Shown in pieces: positions 49,881 to 60,447 of a DNA stretch of 64,000 nt. The position numbers were made by a program, and so were the translations under genes. The notes beneath the pieces were generated by a model that worked only from the letters and a program-made list of their open reading frames with translations, was not told the DNA's origin and made no database searches. Each line of letters begins with the position of its first letter. Positions within the stretch are counted from its first letter, which is position 1. The DNA is from Candidatus Poribacteria bacterium (GTDB lineage Bacteria; Poribacteria; WGA-4E; WGA-3G): NCBI GenBank assembly GCA_965205025.1, contig CBDBFU010000002.1, positions 160,001 through 224,000 of the forward strand, read 5' to 3'.

Positions 49881-51242
49881 ATGAATAATTCCTACAAAAG
49901 TGTTATGTTTGTGATTGCGGACGATTGGAGCCGTATTGCCAAGTGTTATGGTAATGAAGTGATCCGAACACCTAATATTGATGCTTTTGCCGAACAGGGT
50001 GTCGTTTTTGATTTCGGATTTTGCACAAGTCCTTCCTGTGCTGTAAGTCGAGCTTGTATTCTCACGGGACAACATAGCCACACCCACGGTCAATACGGAC
50101 ATTGTCATGGGATTCATGGATTTCGAACACATGAAAACATGCAGTCAGTCCCAAAGATTCTAAAAGCACACGGTTTTGTGACGGCATGTATCGGAAAAAA
50201 ACATGTCGAACCAAAAAGCGTTTATCCATTCGATTATGAGCCGAAGGTCGATGCTCGAAGTCCTGTGGATGTAGCTGATAAAATAGGAGACTTCCTTCAA
50301 CAGAACGTCGATACACCTTTCTATCTTCATATTGGATCCAGTTATCCACATCGTGCTGGAAAAGGATTCGGAAATGATCGACAACACGCTGGAATTGAAA
50401 CCAACCCTTACTCTCCTGAAGAAATAATCGTCCCCAATTTCCTACCAGATGTTCCTGCAGTGCGCGAAGATCTGGCTGACTATTATGAGAGTGTGTCCCG
50501 ATGGGATGCTGTAGTCGGTGCTGCTTTAGATGCGCTTGACGCGTCCGGACGGGCAGACGAAACGCTCGTGTTTGTTACAACAGACCATGCAATGCCATTC
50601 CCTGGGGCAAAAGCTTCCAGTTTCGACAGCGGACACCACTGTCCTTTACTAATTGCCAGTCCAACGCAAAAACATCGCGGACATCATAATCAAGCCCTTG
50701 TCAACTGGGTTGATTTCTGTCCAACCATGTTAGAATGGTGTGGTGTCTCCCATCCTGATGGAGACGATGCACTACCGGGTAGATCACTACTCCCAATACT
50801 TGAAGACGATAGTCCACATCCGGGTAATGGACAATGGGAAGAAACCTACTACTCCCATTGCTTCCATGAGGTTACAAACTACTATCCATACCGGGTCTTA
50901 CGTGGACGGAAGTATAAGTACGTACGCAATCTTGCATATCAATTAGAAACACCACTACCGAGTGATCTGTTCAGGTCTATTTCATGGACTGCTGTCAGAG
51001 ATGATAACCTTCAGAAACTCGGTGAACGTGAACGTGAAAATTTCGTACATCAAAGCCGCGAGGCGTTGTATGATATGGAAAATGATCCGGCAGAATCGAA
51101 CAACCTAATTGATAATCCTGAATTGCAGGATACTATCAACGATATGCGGCGGAAAGTAATTGAATTTAGACAGAAAACTAAAGATCCTTGGCTTGAACAA
51201 TCCTTTCAAGAAGGTGAAACACAACCCTTCTTCCCTAAATAA
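49881..51242 (+). CDS. Sulfatase (N-sulfoglucosamine sulfohydrolase-like)
   Basis: IADD, TPNID, CAVSR (CxxxR formylglycine motif), GKKH, DH.MPFPGAK, LYDMENDPAE. Confidence 0.9.
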   Translation: MNNSYKSVMFVIADDWSRIAKCYGNEVIRTPNIDAFAEQGVVFDFGFCTSPSCAVSRACILTGQHSHTHGQYGHCHGIHGFRTHENMQSVPKILKAHGFVTACIGKKHVEPKSVYPFDYEPKVDARSPVDVADKIGDFLQQNVDTPFYLHIGSSYPHRAGKGFGNDRQHAGIETNPYSPEEIIVPNFLPDVPAVREDLADYYESVSRWDAVVGAALDALDASGRADETLVFVTTDHAMPFPGAKASSFDSGHHCPLLIASPTQKHRGHHNQALVNWVDFCPTMLEWCGVSHPDGDDALPGRSLLPILEDDSPHPGNGQWEETYYSHCFHEVTNYYPYRVLRGRKYKYVRNLAYQLETPLPSDLFRSISWTAVRDDNLQKLGERERENFVHQSREALYDMENDPAESNNLIDNPELQDTINDMRRKVIEFRQKTKDPWLEQSFQEGETQPFFPK

Positions 51243-51304
51243 CAATGCATTCAATTTTGACTTCAAGAAATTGATGTCTTCATCCTCTGACTCCCACTAA
51301 TATA

Positions 51305-52297
51305 ATGCAAAACTACGATTTAGATGCGATGAACACCCGTATTGAAGCAGATAGCGTTCTGGTACAGAATATACTGACCGAGGCGGGTAAAATCATCGTT
51401 GGACAACGTACATTACTTGAACGGTTAATTATAGGATTGCTCTGTAATGGACATATACTTCTTGAAGGAGTTCCCGGATTAGCAAAAACGACAGCTATTG
51501 CAGCGCTGGCAAAAACCATTGATGCCTCTTTCAAACGACTCCAGTTTACACCCGATCTACTCCCTGCTGATCTTGTCGGTACGCAAATATATGACCAACA
51601 GCAAGGTGAGTTCTATACGAAAAAGGGTCCCATTTTCGCAAATGTTGTTCTGGCAGATGAAATAAACCGCGCCCCTGCAAAAGTACAAAGCGCACTACTT
51701 GAAGCAATGCAGGAACGACAGGTCACAATTGGTGGTGAAACCTATCCACTTGATGATCCATTCATCGTTTTAGCAACACAAAATCCAATTGAACAAGAAG
51801 GCACTTATCCTTTACCGGAAGCACAAGTAGACAGATTTATGTTGAAGGTTAAGGTGAACTACCCATCACACTCAGAGGAGTTACAAATTCTCCGAAGAAT
51901 GACAACTGAAGTGATTGATGATATACAGGAGGTAGTTACCGGGGAAGATATCATAAGATTTCGAGAACTCACACGCAATATCTATATGGCAGAACAGTTA
52001 GAAACCTATATCGTAGATCTTATATGTGCAACCCGTGCACCAGAAGCATACCAATTAGATGAATTAAGTCCTCTTATTGAATACGGTGCCTCACCAAGGG
52101 CAACTATCTTTCTTGCACTTGCATCCAGGGCACAGGCTTTCCTATCACAACGCGGTTATGTCACACCTGAAGATATTCATGAAGTTGGAATGGATGTGTT
52201 AAGGCACCGTGTAATTCTAAGTTACGAAGCTGAAGCCGAAGGCATTGATACTGAAAACATTATCACACAACTGTTTTCAAAGATTGAAGTGCCTTAA
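51305..52297 (+). CDS. moxR: MoxR family AAA+ ATPase
   Basis: LLEGVPGLAKT, QFTPDLLPAD, ADEINRAPAKVQSALLEAMQE, ATQNPIEQEGTYPLPEAQVDRF. Confidence 0.95.
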   Translation: MQNYDLDAMNTRIEADSVLVQNILTEAGKIIVGQRTLLERLIIGLLCNGHILLEGVPGLAKTTAIAALAKTIDASFKRLQFTPDLLPADLVGTQIYDQQQGEFYTKKGPIFANVVLADEINRAPAKVQSALLEAMQERQVTIGGETYPLDDPFIVLATQNPIEQEGTYPLPEAQVDRFMLKVKVNYPSHSEELQILRRMTTEVIDDIQEVVTGEDIIRFRELTRNIYMAEQLETYIVDLICATRAPEAYQLDELSPLIEYGASPRATIFLALASRAQAFLSQRGYVTPEDIHEVGMDVLRHRVILSYEAEAEGIDTENIITQLFSKIEVP

Positions 52298-52324
52298 TTC
52301 GGGAAATAATATTTCCAAATATAT

Positions 52325-53563
52325 CTACTCTTCTATTTGTCCTGCAATAGCAGATGCTCGCGCACCTACACCCAGTACAGCTAAGAATCCCTCCGAATCC
52401 GCATGGTCAAAATCCCCAATGTCTTCCATTGAAGCGGTTTCTTCTGAGTAAAGTGAATGTGGTACACCGGTAGCAGCATGAAATGCTACATTGCCTTTAT
52501 ACAGACTTACTGTTATCGTGCCACTTGCTAAACGGGTCAACGGGTCAATTGAACTTAACATAGACTGTGTACCAGCATCAAACCAATAACCTTGATAAAT
52601 CTGTTCAGCAATTGAATCTGCCACACCATCATAATGTCGCCGCGCACGTCTATCTAAAATCAACTGGAGCAAAAACTCATAACATCTACCCAATAACTCC
52701 ATACCAGGGGATTCATAAACACCACGACTTTTTATTCCAACGAACCTATTTTCAACAGTATGAATGCCTATACCAACGCCATTCCGTCCACCAATTCGAT
52801 TCGCTTCTACTAAACTCATGAGTGGTGTACAAGGACTCCCATTAATCTCAACAGGTATACCACGAGCGAAAGTAACAGTGAAGTGTTCCACATCATCGGG
52901 AGCATCTTTTGGATGCACTCCCATTCCCGGTGTAATAAACCCGGCAGGCGTTTTTAGTGATTCTAAACGTCCAGCTTCATGTGTTAATCCCAATAAATTA
53001 GCATCTGTAGAATAAGGTTTTTCATGTGTAGCGGTAATCGGTAAACCGTGTTCTTGGCAGAAATCTATCATTTCCTTTCTACCACCGAAATGCTTGAGAA
53101 AATCCGCATCACGCCACGGTGCATAAACAGAAAAATGTGGATTAAGCATATTTGTAGCAAGTTGAAAACGCACCTGATCGTTCCCACGGCCTGTTGCTCC
53201 ATGCGTCAATATAGAAATGCCACGTTTTTCCATCTCTGGCAATAACGCTTTTACAGTAACATGTCGAGCAATACCTGTTGTATTCCAATATCCGCCTTCA
53301 TACTTCGCCTGACATTGAATCAGTTTGAGTCCTTCTTCTGCCAGTGCATCCTTTGCATCGACTATGACCGCCTCTTGTGCCCCACATGCCAACATCCGAT
53401 CCTTGATCTCATCAACGTTCCTTTCATCCGGCTGACCAAGGTCTGCAGTAAGACAAACGACATTAACACCGTTATCAACTAACCATTTCGTAATTGTGCA
53501 ACTATCAAGACCGCCTGAAACTGCTGCCCCAACAGTTTGTCCTTTTAATTGATGTATATTCAT
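52325..53563 (-). CDS. argG: Argininosuccinate synthase
   Basis: SGGLDS, HGATGRGNDQVRF, YSTDANL, ENRFVGIKSRGVYESPG. Confidence 0.95.
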   Translation of the reverse strand: MNIHQLKGQTVGAAVSGGLDSCTITKWLVDNGVNVVCLTADLGQPDERNVDEIKDRMLACGAQEAVIVDAKDALAEEGLKLIQCQAKYEGGYWNTTGIARHVTVKALLPEMEKRGISILTHGATGRGNDQVRFQLATNMLNPHFSVYAPWRDADFLKHFGGRKEMIDFCQEHGLPITATHEKPYSTDANLLGLTHEAGRLESLKTPAGFITPGMGVHPKDAPDDVEHFTVTFARGIPVEINGSPCTPLMSLVEANRIGGRNGVGIGIHTVENRFVGIKSRGVYESPGMELLGRCYEFLLQLILDRRARRHYDGVADSIAEQIYQGYWFDAGTQSMLSSIDPLTRLASGTITVSLYKGNVAFHAATGVPHSLYSEETASMEDIGDFDHADSEGFLAVLGVGARASAIAGQIEE

Positions 53564-53879
53564 AAGGTGAATTATACCACCATTCAATCATAATGGCAAT
53601 TCCAGGTTATGTAAAATCTTTGTCACTAAGCATTACGCGGGTATTGTATCATCTTTAGTATACATCTATTCTCCAGTCATGTTAGATGTATGGATACTGT
53701 GTATTGTAATAACTGTTAATTTTTGTTGTCTTGAAATGGTTGCACTTTCACGGAAACCTTCACGGATCAATTTTACGAGCCCTTATTCTATAAGGGTTTA
53801 TAATTTAAAGTAGACCGATTTTCCGTGAATCACATACGTTAGTTATATTATAACTTAAGTGTGTATTAAGTACTTATCT

Positions 53880-54232
53880 GTTTTTCATACGAAGTGTATT
53901 GGGACATAGCACTCCGCTGGAGTGCCAGTCTGTTCGATATTGTTTTCTATAGACATTGTACTCCGCTGGAGTACGGTATTAGTGTGTATTAAGTACTTAT
54001 ACCATTTCTATAAATGATTCTCCCATAATTAGGTGATATTTATGTCTTGAAATACTACACAAACTGGAAGTTTGTGCTACATTAAAGAGATTTTATTAAT
54101 GGGACTTTAATTACCAGAAATGGTATTATATGTTTTTCATACGAAGCGTATTGGCACATAGCACTCCGCTGGAGTGCCAGTCTGTTCGATATTGTTTTCT
54201 ATAGACATAGTACTCCGCTGGAGTACGGTATT
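53880..54232. repeat. ~100-bp direct duplication, each copy with two CTCCGCTGGAG hairpins, separated by a TACCATTTC-type MITE
   Basis: TGTTTTTCATACGAAG...ACTCCGCTGGAGTACGGTATT at ~53880 and ~54131. MITE ~54000-54125 with an internal CACAAAC..GTTTGTGCTAC REP. Confidence 0.75.
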
Positions 54233-54310
54233 TTTGATATAGAAAACTGAATAAAAAATGGAGTTATCATTATACACTCAGTTTCCCCAGAATTTGAATT
54301 GTTAATCCTA

Positions 54311-54452
54311 ACGTGAGTTTGATAAGACACATTGTAACCCGAACTTTTAGTTAACACCAGAGTGCACAAACTGGAAAGTTTGTGCTACAAAGACTATCTT
54401 CAGGACAAAATTCTGTTTTTCGAACTGACATTTTTTATTATCAAACTGGCGT
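54311..54452. mobile_element. MITE (ACGTGAGTTTGATAA ends) carrying a REP
   Basis: TIR pair with 8-bp duplication TAATCCTA (54303-54310, 54453-54460); highly similar to 4921..5040. Confidence 0.8.
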
Positions 54453-54914
54453 TAATCCTAATATACAGACAAAAAATAAGGTCTAAAAACAGTCATTTAA
54501 TCCTAAATCTCAGACAGTATATCGTGTTGTTGTTGCATTTCTCAATGCATCGAAAACATGAAAAAAGTTACACTTTTTGTCACACGGTGTGACATTGAAA
54601 TTGGTGTAATTTACCCCTATAACCCCTGTCATAGACTGACTTTACTTCACTTTGAATTGACTTTATAAGAAATTCGAAAATATGTGATTTTGTGTTATTG
54701 TTGTGCTTCCTGAATTTGTCATTCCCAACGGTTAAAAAGGTATGCTTTTTTGACGTATATGAAACTTTGTATTTAGGATCGTTTTTATTGATAATCATTA
54801 GTTTTTAGTTTTTAGTTTATAGTTTTTAGTTTGTATTCTAACCTGTAATCTTGTTTTGTAACCTCTAATTTTATTTTCATTATGACAAATATTTTAATAT
54901 TATCTTATATTATT

Positions 54915-56373
54915 CAATACCTTCGCCAATTATCCTGTGCTTAGTTCTAACTGTGTGTGATGAATAGCACCGATAGAACTAAGGTGCTGTGTGATTTGCT
55001 CAATAACAATAGGTTCAGGTTTTTGCGGAAGTATTTTTAATGTTTCCTCTAAATACTTCATAGCTCGGTATTTTGCTTTCAAATCTAATACGCTACACGC
55101 CGTGTTATTAGACCGAAATGTGTTTGCCATTTTCGCACTCACATTTACCATAAACAAGGATAAGTTTGCTGCATTGTTCACAGGTGTTTTTTTGACATTC
55201 ATAAAATCTTCCAACCCCCAATACTGTTTTGCGTCTCTGAAGTTAAACTCTATTTGAAAACGAAGGGAGTAATAATCAATCATCTTTAGAGCACTCAGTT
55301 TTAGGTCAGAACTAAACAATAACACGTGTGATTTTTGTCCTGTCAGCAGATGCGTCTTGAGAAGACAAACAATATTGAGAGGATCCGCAAACTGCTTATG
55401 ACGCAAGTGTACTTGATACACTTCGGTTCTGATGTTATCGGTTGTTTCAACAGAGACACGCCATTTGTTATCCATTTGTTGTGGATTGAAACGATCCCCA
55501 TAGAGGGCGCGGCGTCCACGACCTTTATACGGTGTCGTTGGTGGATAATAGAGCGCAGCATCTGTGCGAAGTTTTGAAATGAGATGGAGACCACATTGTG
55601 ATACCATTTGTAGCGCATTATTGTGTCCGAAATATCCATCAAGCACAAAATAACGGAGTTTGATACAATCTCCCATCTGTTTGAGAAATGATTTCACCAT
55701 AGTTTGAAGTTGTTTCAAAGTATTGCTGAACACAACATCCTTTTTGTTTCGATTCAGGCTCCCTTTGGGGCGACCACGCCCTCGTTTTGTTATGGCTTTC
55801 TGTGTATTCTCCTGATCTTCGATTGCAGACACATCCATATTGGCTGATGCGTTGCTACGCACGATTTGTTCCATCATCATTGGGTAAGAACACCTGTCTT
55901 TGACGCTTACTAAGGACACCGCTAAAAATGACAAACCGGAAATCGGTTTTCCATGTAATGAGGAGAAGAAGCGATCTATACCATAAGTTTTTTTCCCAGT
56001 TTTTGACACCGTGACTTCATCTGCTACAAGGATATACAAACTTTTAGGATCAAACAGATATTTTTTGAAAAAGAGCCAACACATCTTTGGCCAAGGGAGA
56101 TCTGTGCTAAAGAAGCGTTGTATCGTACGATAACTCCCTCCTTTTGATGTCCAACGGGAGATATTTAACATTGTGACCTGACCTGTCATCGCAAGCAGGG
56201 CAAATACAACTTGACATAACTGGCGGATCATAGTAGTGGATAAACATAGATTAAATACAGTAAATAATGCTATAATTTCTGGCATGGGTGTGTGTCCTTT
56301 CTAAGTTAAAATGATATTTTAAAACTTTAGGACAAACACCCTTTTTATTCAAGTGTTTTTGGCGAAGGTATTG
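54915..56373 (-). mobile_element. IS4 family insertion sequence
   Basis: Perfect 15-bp TIR CAATACCTTCGCCAA / TTGGCGAAGGTATTG with 6-bp duplication ATTATT. Confidence 0.9.
54930..56285 (-). CDS. DDE transposase (IS4-like)
   Basis: ADE, LDGYFG, and YREK motif YSLRFQIEFNFRDAK. Confidence 0.9.
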   Translation of the reverse strand: MPEIIALFTVFNLCLSTTMIRQLCQVVFALLAMTGQVTMLNISRWTSKGGSYRTIQRFFSTDLPWPKMCWLFFKKYLFDPKSLYILVADEVTVSKTGKKTYGIDRFFSSLHGKPISGLSFLAVSLVSVKDRCSYPMMMEQIVRSNASANMDVSAIEDQENTQKAITKRGRGRPKGSLNRNKKDVVFSNTLKQLQTMVKSFLKQMGDCIKLRYFVLDGYFGHNNALQMVSQCGLHLISKLRTDAALYYPPTTPYKGRGRRALYGDRFNPQQMDNKWRVSVETTDNIRTEVYQVHLRHKQFADPLNIVCLLKTHLLTGQKSHVLLFSSDLKLSALKMIDYYSLRFQIEFNFRDAKQYWGLEDFMNVKKTPVNNAANLSLFMVNVSAKMANTFRSNNTACSVLDLKAKYRAMKYLEETLKILPQKPEPIVIEQITQHLSSIGAIHHTQLELSTG

Positions 56374-56500
56374 ATTATTGTGATATATGTTATGTTAGAT
56401 GTTAGATGTTTGTGTTTTCTTCATTTTTTTAAATTTGATTTTGAAATGTTTGATCCTTGTTAATATCATAAACTTTACACACCCGACATCCCAAAAAGAC

Positions 56501-56529
56501 TTGACATAACTATTGTCTTGTATTATACT
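56501..56529 (+). promoter_or_regulatory. Sigma70 promoter for tRNA-tilS-hpt
   Basis: TTGACA-17 nt-TATACT. Confidence 0.75.
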
Positions 56530-56548
56530 TAAAAAATAGATTTAGCGT

Positions 56549-56620
56549 GCCGGTGTAGCTCAGTGGTAGAGCACACGACTCATAATCGTGCTGTCCGGAG
56601 TTCGACTCTCCGCACCGGCA
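56549..56620 (+). tRNA. tRNA with CAT anticodon (non-initiator; elongator Met more likely than Ile2)
   Basis: Cloverleaf: acceptor GCCGGTG/CACCGGC, anticodon arm CACGA-CTCATAA-TCGTG, T-loop GTTCGAC. CCA not encoded. Confidence 0.93.
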
Positions 56621-56643
56621 TTGTTCTTTAAGGCACTCACCTC

Positions 56644-58059
56644 ATGAAATCCTGTTTTGTGCAAGAAATGTATCGTTTCATTTCTCAGCACTCAATGATT
56701 GAGGCTGGAGAAATTGTTCTTGTCGCGGTCTCAGGTGGTGCTGATTCAATGGCACTACTCTACGGGTTACATACCTTACTGCCTCATCTTAACTGCTACC
56801 TTCATATTGTTCATCTTGATCACAACCTCAGAGATGATTCTGCCACAGATGCCAAATTCGTAGAAGAACACACTACACATTTAGGATTACCTTTCTCCGG
56901 ACACACGGTTGAATTATCACAATTAATGAAACAGTGGAAACTCTCTACTGAAGCTGCAGGCCGTAGAGCTCGTTACGAGTTTTTTGAGTCTGTTTGCCAT
57001 AAAACTGGGGCTACAAAAATTGCACTTGGCCACCATAAGGACGATATCGCAGAAACTCTTCTAATGAATTTGGTCCGTGGTGTCGGATCGAGTGGATTAA
57101 AAGGTATTTTACCAATTAGAGATGGGAAGTTTATCAGACCTTTGGCAGGATTCAGTCGAAAAGAAATTGAGATGTTTCTTGACTCAGAAAATCTGGTGCC
57201 ACGGCAAGATCCAACAAATACAGATCAACGCTATCTACGGAATCGTATCCGACATGAATTGTTACCTATATTGGAACAGAATTACAATCCAAACATTAGA
57301 ACTGGATTGACCAAAACCGCGGAAATATTAGGAACTGAATCTGCATATCTTGACAGTTTAGCACGCGAAGCATTTGAAAATGGCAAACTTTCTCCTTCCA
57401 ATAAAACTTCTATTATCTTGGATAGAAGTACATTCCAACAGAAACATCTTGTCTTACAGAGACGGATTCTAAGACATGCAATCTCTGAAATGGCAGGTAA
57501 AATGAGTGATTTTTCATTTGATCATTACCAAGCAATTCTAAACTCTATCAATGGTGAAAGACCGAACGCTATGTTATCTTTACCAAACGAACTATTGTTT
57601 AGAAGAGCTTATGACCAGCTTATATTTGAGAGTAAATCTACCGAGATTGAAGAGTATGTATATTCGCTTGATGTACCGGGACAGACATATATTACAGAAG
57701 TAAATGCGAATATCACAGCACATGTATATGACTCATTACCGACTGACAAACTCTCTATACCTGATGGAACTTACGAGGCTATATTCGATTATGAAAAAGT
57801 AGATTTACCATTAATAGTCCGTAATCGGCGACAAGGTGACAGATTTCAGCCGCACGGAATGAAAGGAACAAAAAAGATTAAAGATTACATGATAGATGTA
57901 AAAGTTCCAAGAATGGACAGAGATAAAATCCCTTTACTTGTCTTTGGGAATGAAATCTTATGGGTTATCGGTTTCACCACGAATAACAAATTCAAAATTG
58001 TATCACAAACTAAGAAATATCTGCACTTACATTATGGAAATAACGAAACCGCACTCTAA
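56644..58059 (+). CDS. tilS: tRNA(Ile)-lysidine synthase
   Basis: AVSGGADS, ALGHHKDDIAET, IRPL, DPTN...RNRIR, C-terminal GDRFQP.GM..KKIKD. Confidence 0.95.
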   Translation: MKSCFVQEMYRFISQHSMIEAGEIVLVAVSGGADSMALLYGLHTLLPHLNCYLHIVHLDHNLRDDSATDAKFVEEHTTHLGLPFSGHTVELSQLMKQWKLSTEAAGRRARYEFFESVCHKTGATKIALGHHKDDIAETLLMNLVRGVGSSGLKGILPIRDGKFIRPLAGFSRKEIEMFLDSENLVPRQDPTNTDQRYLRNRIRHELLPILEQNYNPNIRTGLTKTAEILGTESAYLDSLAREAFENGKLSPSNKTSIILDRSTFQQKHLVLQRRILRHAISEMAGKMSDFSFDHYQAILNSINGERPNAMLSLPNELLFRRAYDQLIFESKSTEIEEYVYSLDVPGQTYITEVNANITAHVYDSLPTDKLSIPDGTYEAIFDYEKVDLPLIVRNRRQGDRFQPHGMKGTKKIKDYMIDVKVPRMDRDKIPLLVFGNEILWVIGFTTNNKFKIVSQTKKYLHLHYGNNETAL

Positions 58060-58582
58060 AACCGTGTTGATTTCGGAATCTGAGATTCACAGACGAATCT
58101 TGGAACTCGGCAAGCAAATATCTAAAGACTATGAAAATCGTGAACTTGTCCTAATTTGTGTCCTCAGAGGTGCAGCATTATTCTTCGCTGATCTTGCCCG
58201 GGAGATTTCACTACCGCTACGATTTGAGTTCTTACAAACCTCAAGTTATCATAACAGTACTGAACCTTCAAAGAATATTCAGTTCATCAGAACTGGTAGT
58301 GAGTATGTAAAAGACAGAGATGTTCTTATTGTAGAGGATATTATTGACACAGGACAAACCTTGAAATTCCTCGTCGAACATCTTGAAACTTTAACCCCAA
58401 ATAGCATTAAGATCTGTACACTTCTTGACAAACCCTCCCGTCGGCAGGTCTCTGTTCAGATTGATTATTTAGGTTTTGAAATCCCAAATGTCTTTGTTGT
58501 AGGATATGGACTTGATTATGGACAATTATATCGAAATTTACCCTACATAGCTGTCTTAGAATCCATCTCAGAAACACACTAA
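58034..58582 (+). CDS. hpt: Hypoxanthine phosphoribosyltransferase
   Basis: VLRGA..F.ADL, VLIVEDIIDTG, FVVGYGLDY...RNLPYI. Start placed at MEITK. Confidence 0.94.
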   Translation: MEITKPHSKTVLISESEIHRRILELGKQISKDYENRELVLICVLRGAALFFADLAREISLPLRFEFLQTSSYHNSTEPSKNIQFIRTGSEYVKDRDVLIVEDIIDTGQTLKFLVEHLETLTPNSIKICTLLDKPSRRQVSVQIDYLGFEIPNVFVVGYGLDYGQLYRNLPYIAVLESISETH

Positions 58583-58659
58583 ATAGATAACATCAATTAG
58601 GAAAATATGACTAATTTTGTAATAATTAGTCATAAACCCTAATTTAACAACATTTTTTC

Positions 58660-58688
58660 TTGACATCATCCTTAACATTCTATAAAAT
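58660..58688 (+). promoter_or_regulatory. Sigma70 promoter for the cytochrome c gene
   Basis: TTGACA-17 nt-TAAAAT; AAGGAG RBS before ATG 58735. Confidence 0.65.
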
Positions 58689-58734
58689 ACAAGTTAGCAT
58701 TATTAAATGCCATCATTATATAAGGAGATTTTTG

Positions 58735-59520
58735 ATGCGTAAGTTTGTTTCGCTTTCAATAGGCGTAATACTGATTGCTGTCTTAATTGTCTTTACACAA
58801 GCTCAACAATTATCAGACAAAGCCCAACTTGGACGCGAACTATTTCATGATCCAACATTTAAAGGAACTATAAAACCCGGTTCTAAACCTGGTAATGCCA
58901 CAGGACTTACTTGTGCAAACTGTCATGCAGATTTTGATGAAGAGGCAAACCCTGACGGTTTAATTCGAGCTGGTCATAGTATTATAGGTGTACCACAGCG
59001 TGGTTCTGCAAAAGGTGGAATGATTGCTGGGGCTGATTTTGAACGTGCAGCCGGTGGTGGTGGTTTCTGTTATGAACACTTTCTACAACGGATCGCTCAC
59101 GATAAGGTTAACCCTACTGCGATCCCGGAAGAACATGCTGAAGCCCTTATGGCATATTTTAAAGCCGTTTCTGGGGACAATAAAGGTCCACAGTTTAAAA
59201 TTGAAATGTTAGATAATGCAGCAAAAGCTGCAGCTGGTGAGAAAATAGCGGCAATGGCAGGTAATAGTGAAAAGGGTTGGGAACTTTTTGGACGTGCTTG
59301 TGTCGTCTGTCACCCAACACCTTTCAAAGCAGGTATCGGCACCCAACTTGTTAGATCCAGAGCCCCGCGTGACATCGATAAAACTATGGTTCGATGGGCA
59401 ACTAAGATTCGGGGTGGTGGTTTTCTCATGCCATTCTACGCTACCGACATCCTTAGTGATCAAGATATAGTGGACATTCTCGCCTTCCTACGAGAACAAA
59501 TGGAAAACACTGCGAGGTAA
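58735..59520 (+). CDS. Periplasmic diheme cytochrome c (TsdA/SoxA-like layout)
   Basis: Signal peptide, CANCH and CVVCH heme motifs, extra Cys in GFCYEHF, distal Met in LMPF. Confidence 0.8.
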   Translation: MRKFVSLSIGVILIAVLIVFTQAQQLSDKAQLGRELFHDPTFKGTIKPGSKPGNATGLTCANCHADFDEEANPDGLIRAGHSIIGVPQRGSAKGGMIAGADFERAAGGGGFCYEHFLQRIAHDKVNPTAIPEEHAEALMAYFKAVSGDNKGPQFKIEMLDNAAKAAAGEKIAAMAGNSEKGWELFGRACVVCHPTPFKAGIGTQLVRSRAPRDIDKTMVRWATKIRGGGFLMPFYATDILSDQDIVDILAFLREQMENTAR

Positions 59521-59759
59521 TCTATTGTCTTGATAAGAATTTAATCTTACCATGACACTTTTTGCCTTCTCAATATTTTTTTGTAACCTATTTCAGCATT
59601 GTACGTATTAATTGTTACCGCCTTGTATTAAATGGTTGGCGTAAACGATTGATATGGAGAGTTGAGATGTTTGATGTTGTAACCTATTGCTAAGCAATCC
59701 GTTATTTATTTGACGTTTGTATAATTAATGGTTGTAGACAAAAAGCAAGAGGGCAAATC

Positions 59760-60287
59760 ATGAAAACATCTCGATTTTTTCAAGTATTCATATATCTTCT
59801 CGCAGTTAGCTTAATATTCTCCATCTCAGGTTGTGGTGGCAGCAACATGAATAATCCTGTGGCTGACACCGATACCTTGGAAGATCGGGACGCTGACGAC
59901 TCAATTGTTGCCCTGGATACCACTCAAGAAATTGATGAAGGTAACCAAGCAGACAAATTGGATGTAACGATTACTGTCACGAAAAAGACAGTTAAAACGG
60001 GTGAAGAAGTAGAATTAACTGCTTCTGTTAAAGGTGTTAGAGGTACAAGTGTCGTATTAAATTGGCTAAATATTACAGGGTATGGTGAACTTTCATCAAC
60101 AGACGAAAATCCTGTGATGTGGACAGCCCCGATATCAATTGGAGAAGATAGCACACGTGTTGAAGTTCTTCAACTTGTTGTGACTGTGATCAGCGAGGTA
60201 GTTTCAGTTGGATCGTCTGGTATTCAAACTGACACACAAATTTTCTCAGATACAAAAGAGATACTACTACAGGTAGTTGACGGATAA
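59760..60287 (+). CDS. Hypothetical lipoprotein with Ig-like domain
   Basis: Lipobox ISGC; beta-rich C-terminal region. Confidence 0.7.
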   Translation: MKTSRFFQVFIYLLAVSLIFSISGCGGSNMNNPVADTDTLEDRDADDSIVALDTTQEIDEGNQADKLDVTITVTKKTVKTGEEVELTASVKGVRGTSVVLNWLNITGYGELSSTDENPVMWTAPISIGEDSTRVEVLQLVVTVISEVVSVGSSGIQTDTQIFSDTKEILLQVVDG

Positions 60288-60447
60288 ATCATGTAAATTT
60301 AAGGAACAATAATTTCTAACAAGATAAAGTTCCTACAACCACATACAATAAGGATCGTCTCACATACTGTATGCAAGGGTCTATTCGATGCTATATACTC
60401 TCAGTTTCATAGATAGGTTCTGGTTAGCATACCACATTAGGTAAGAA

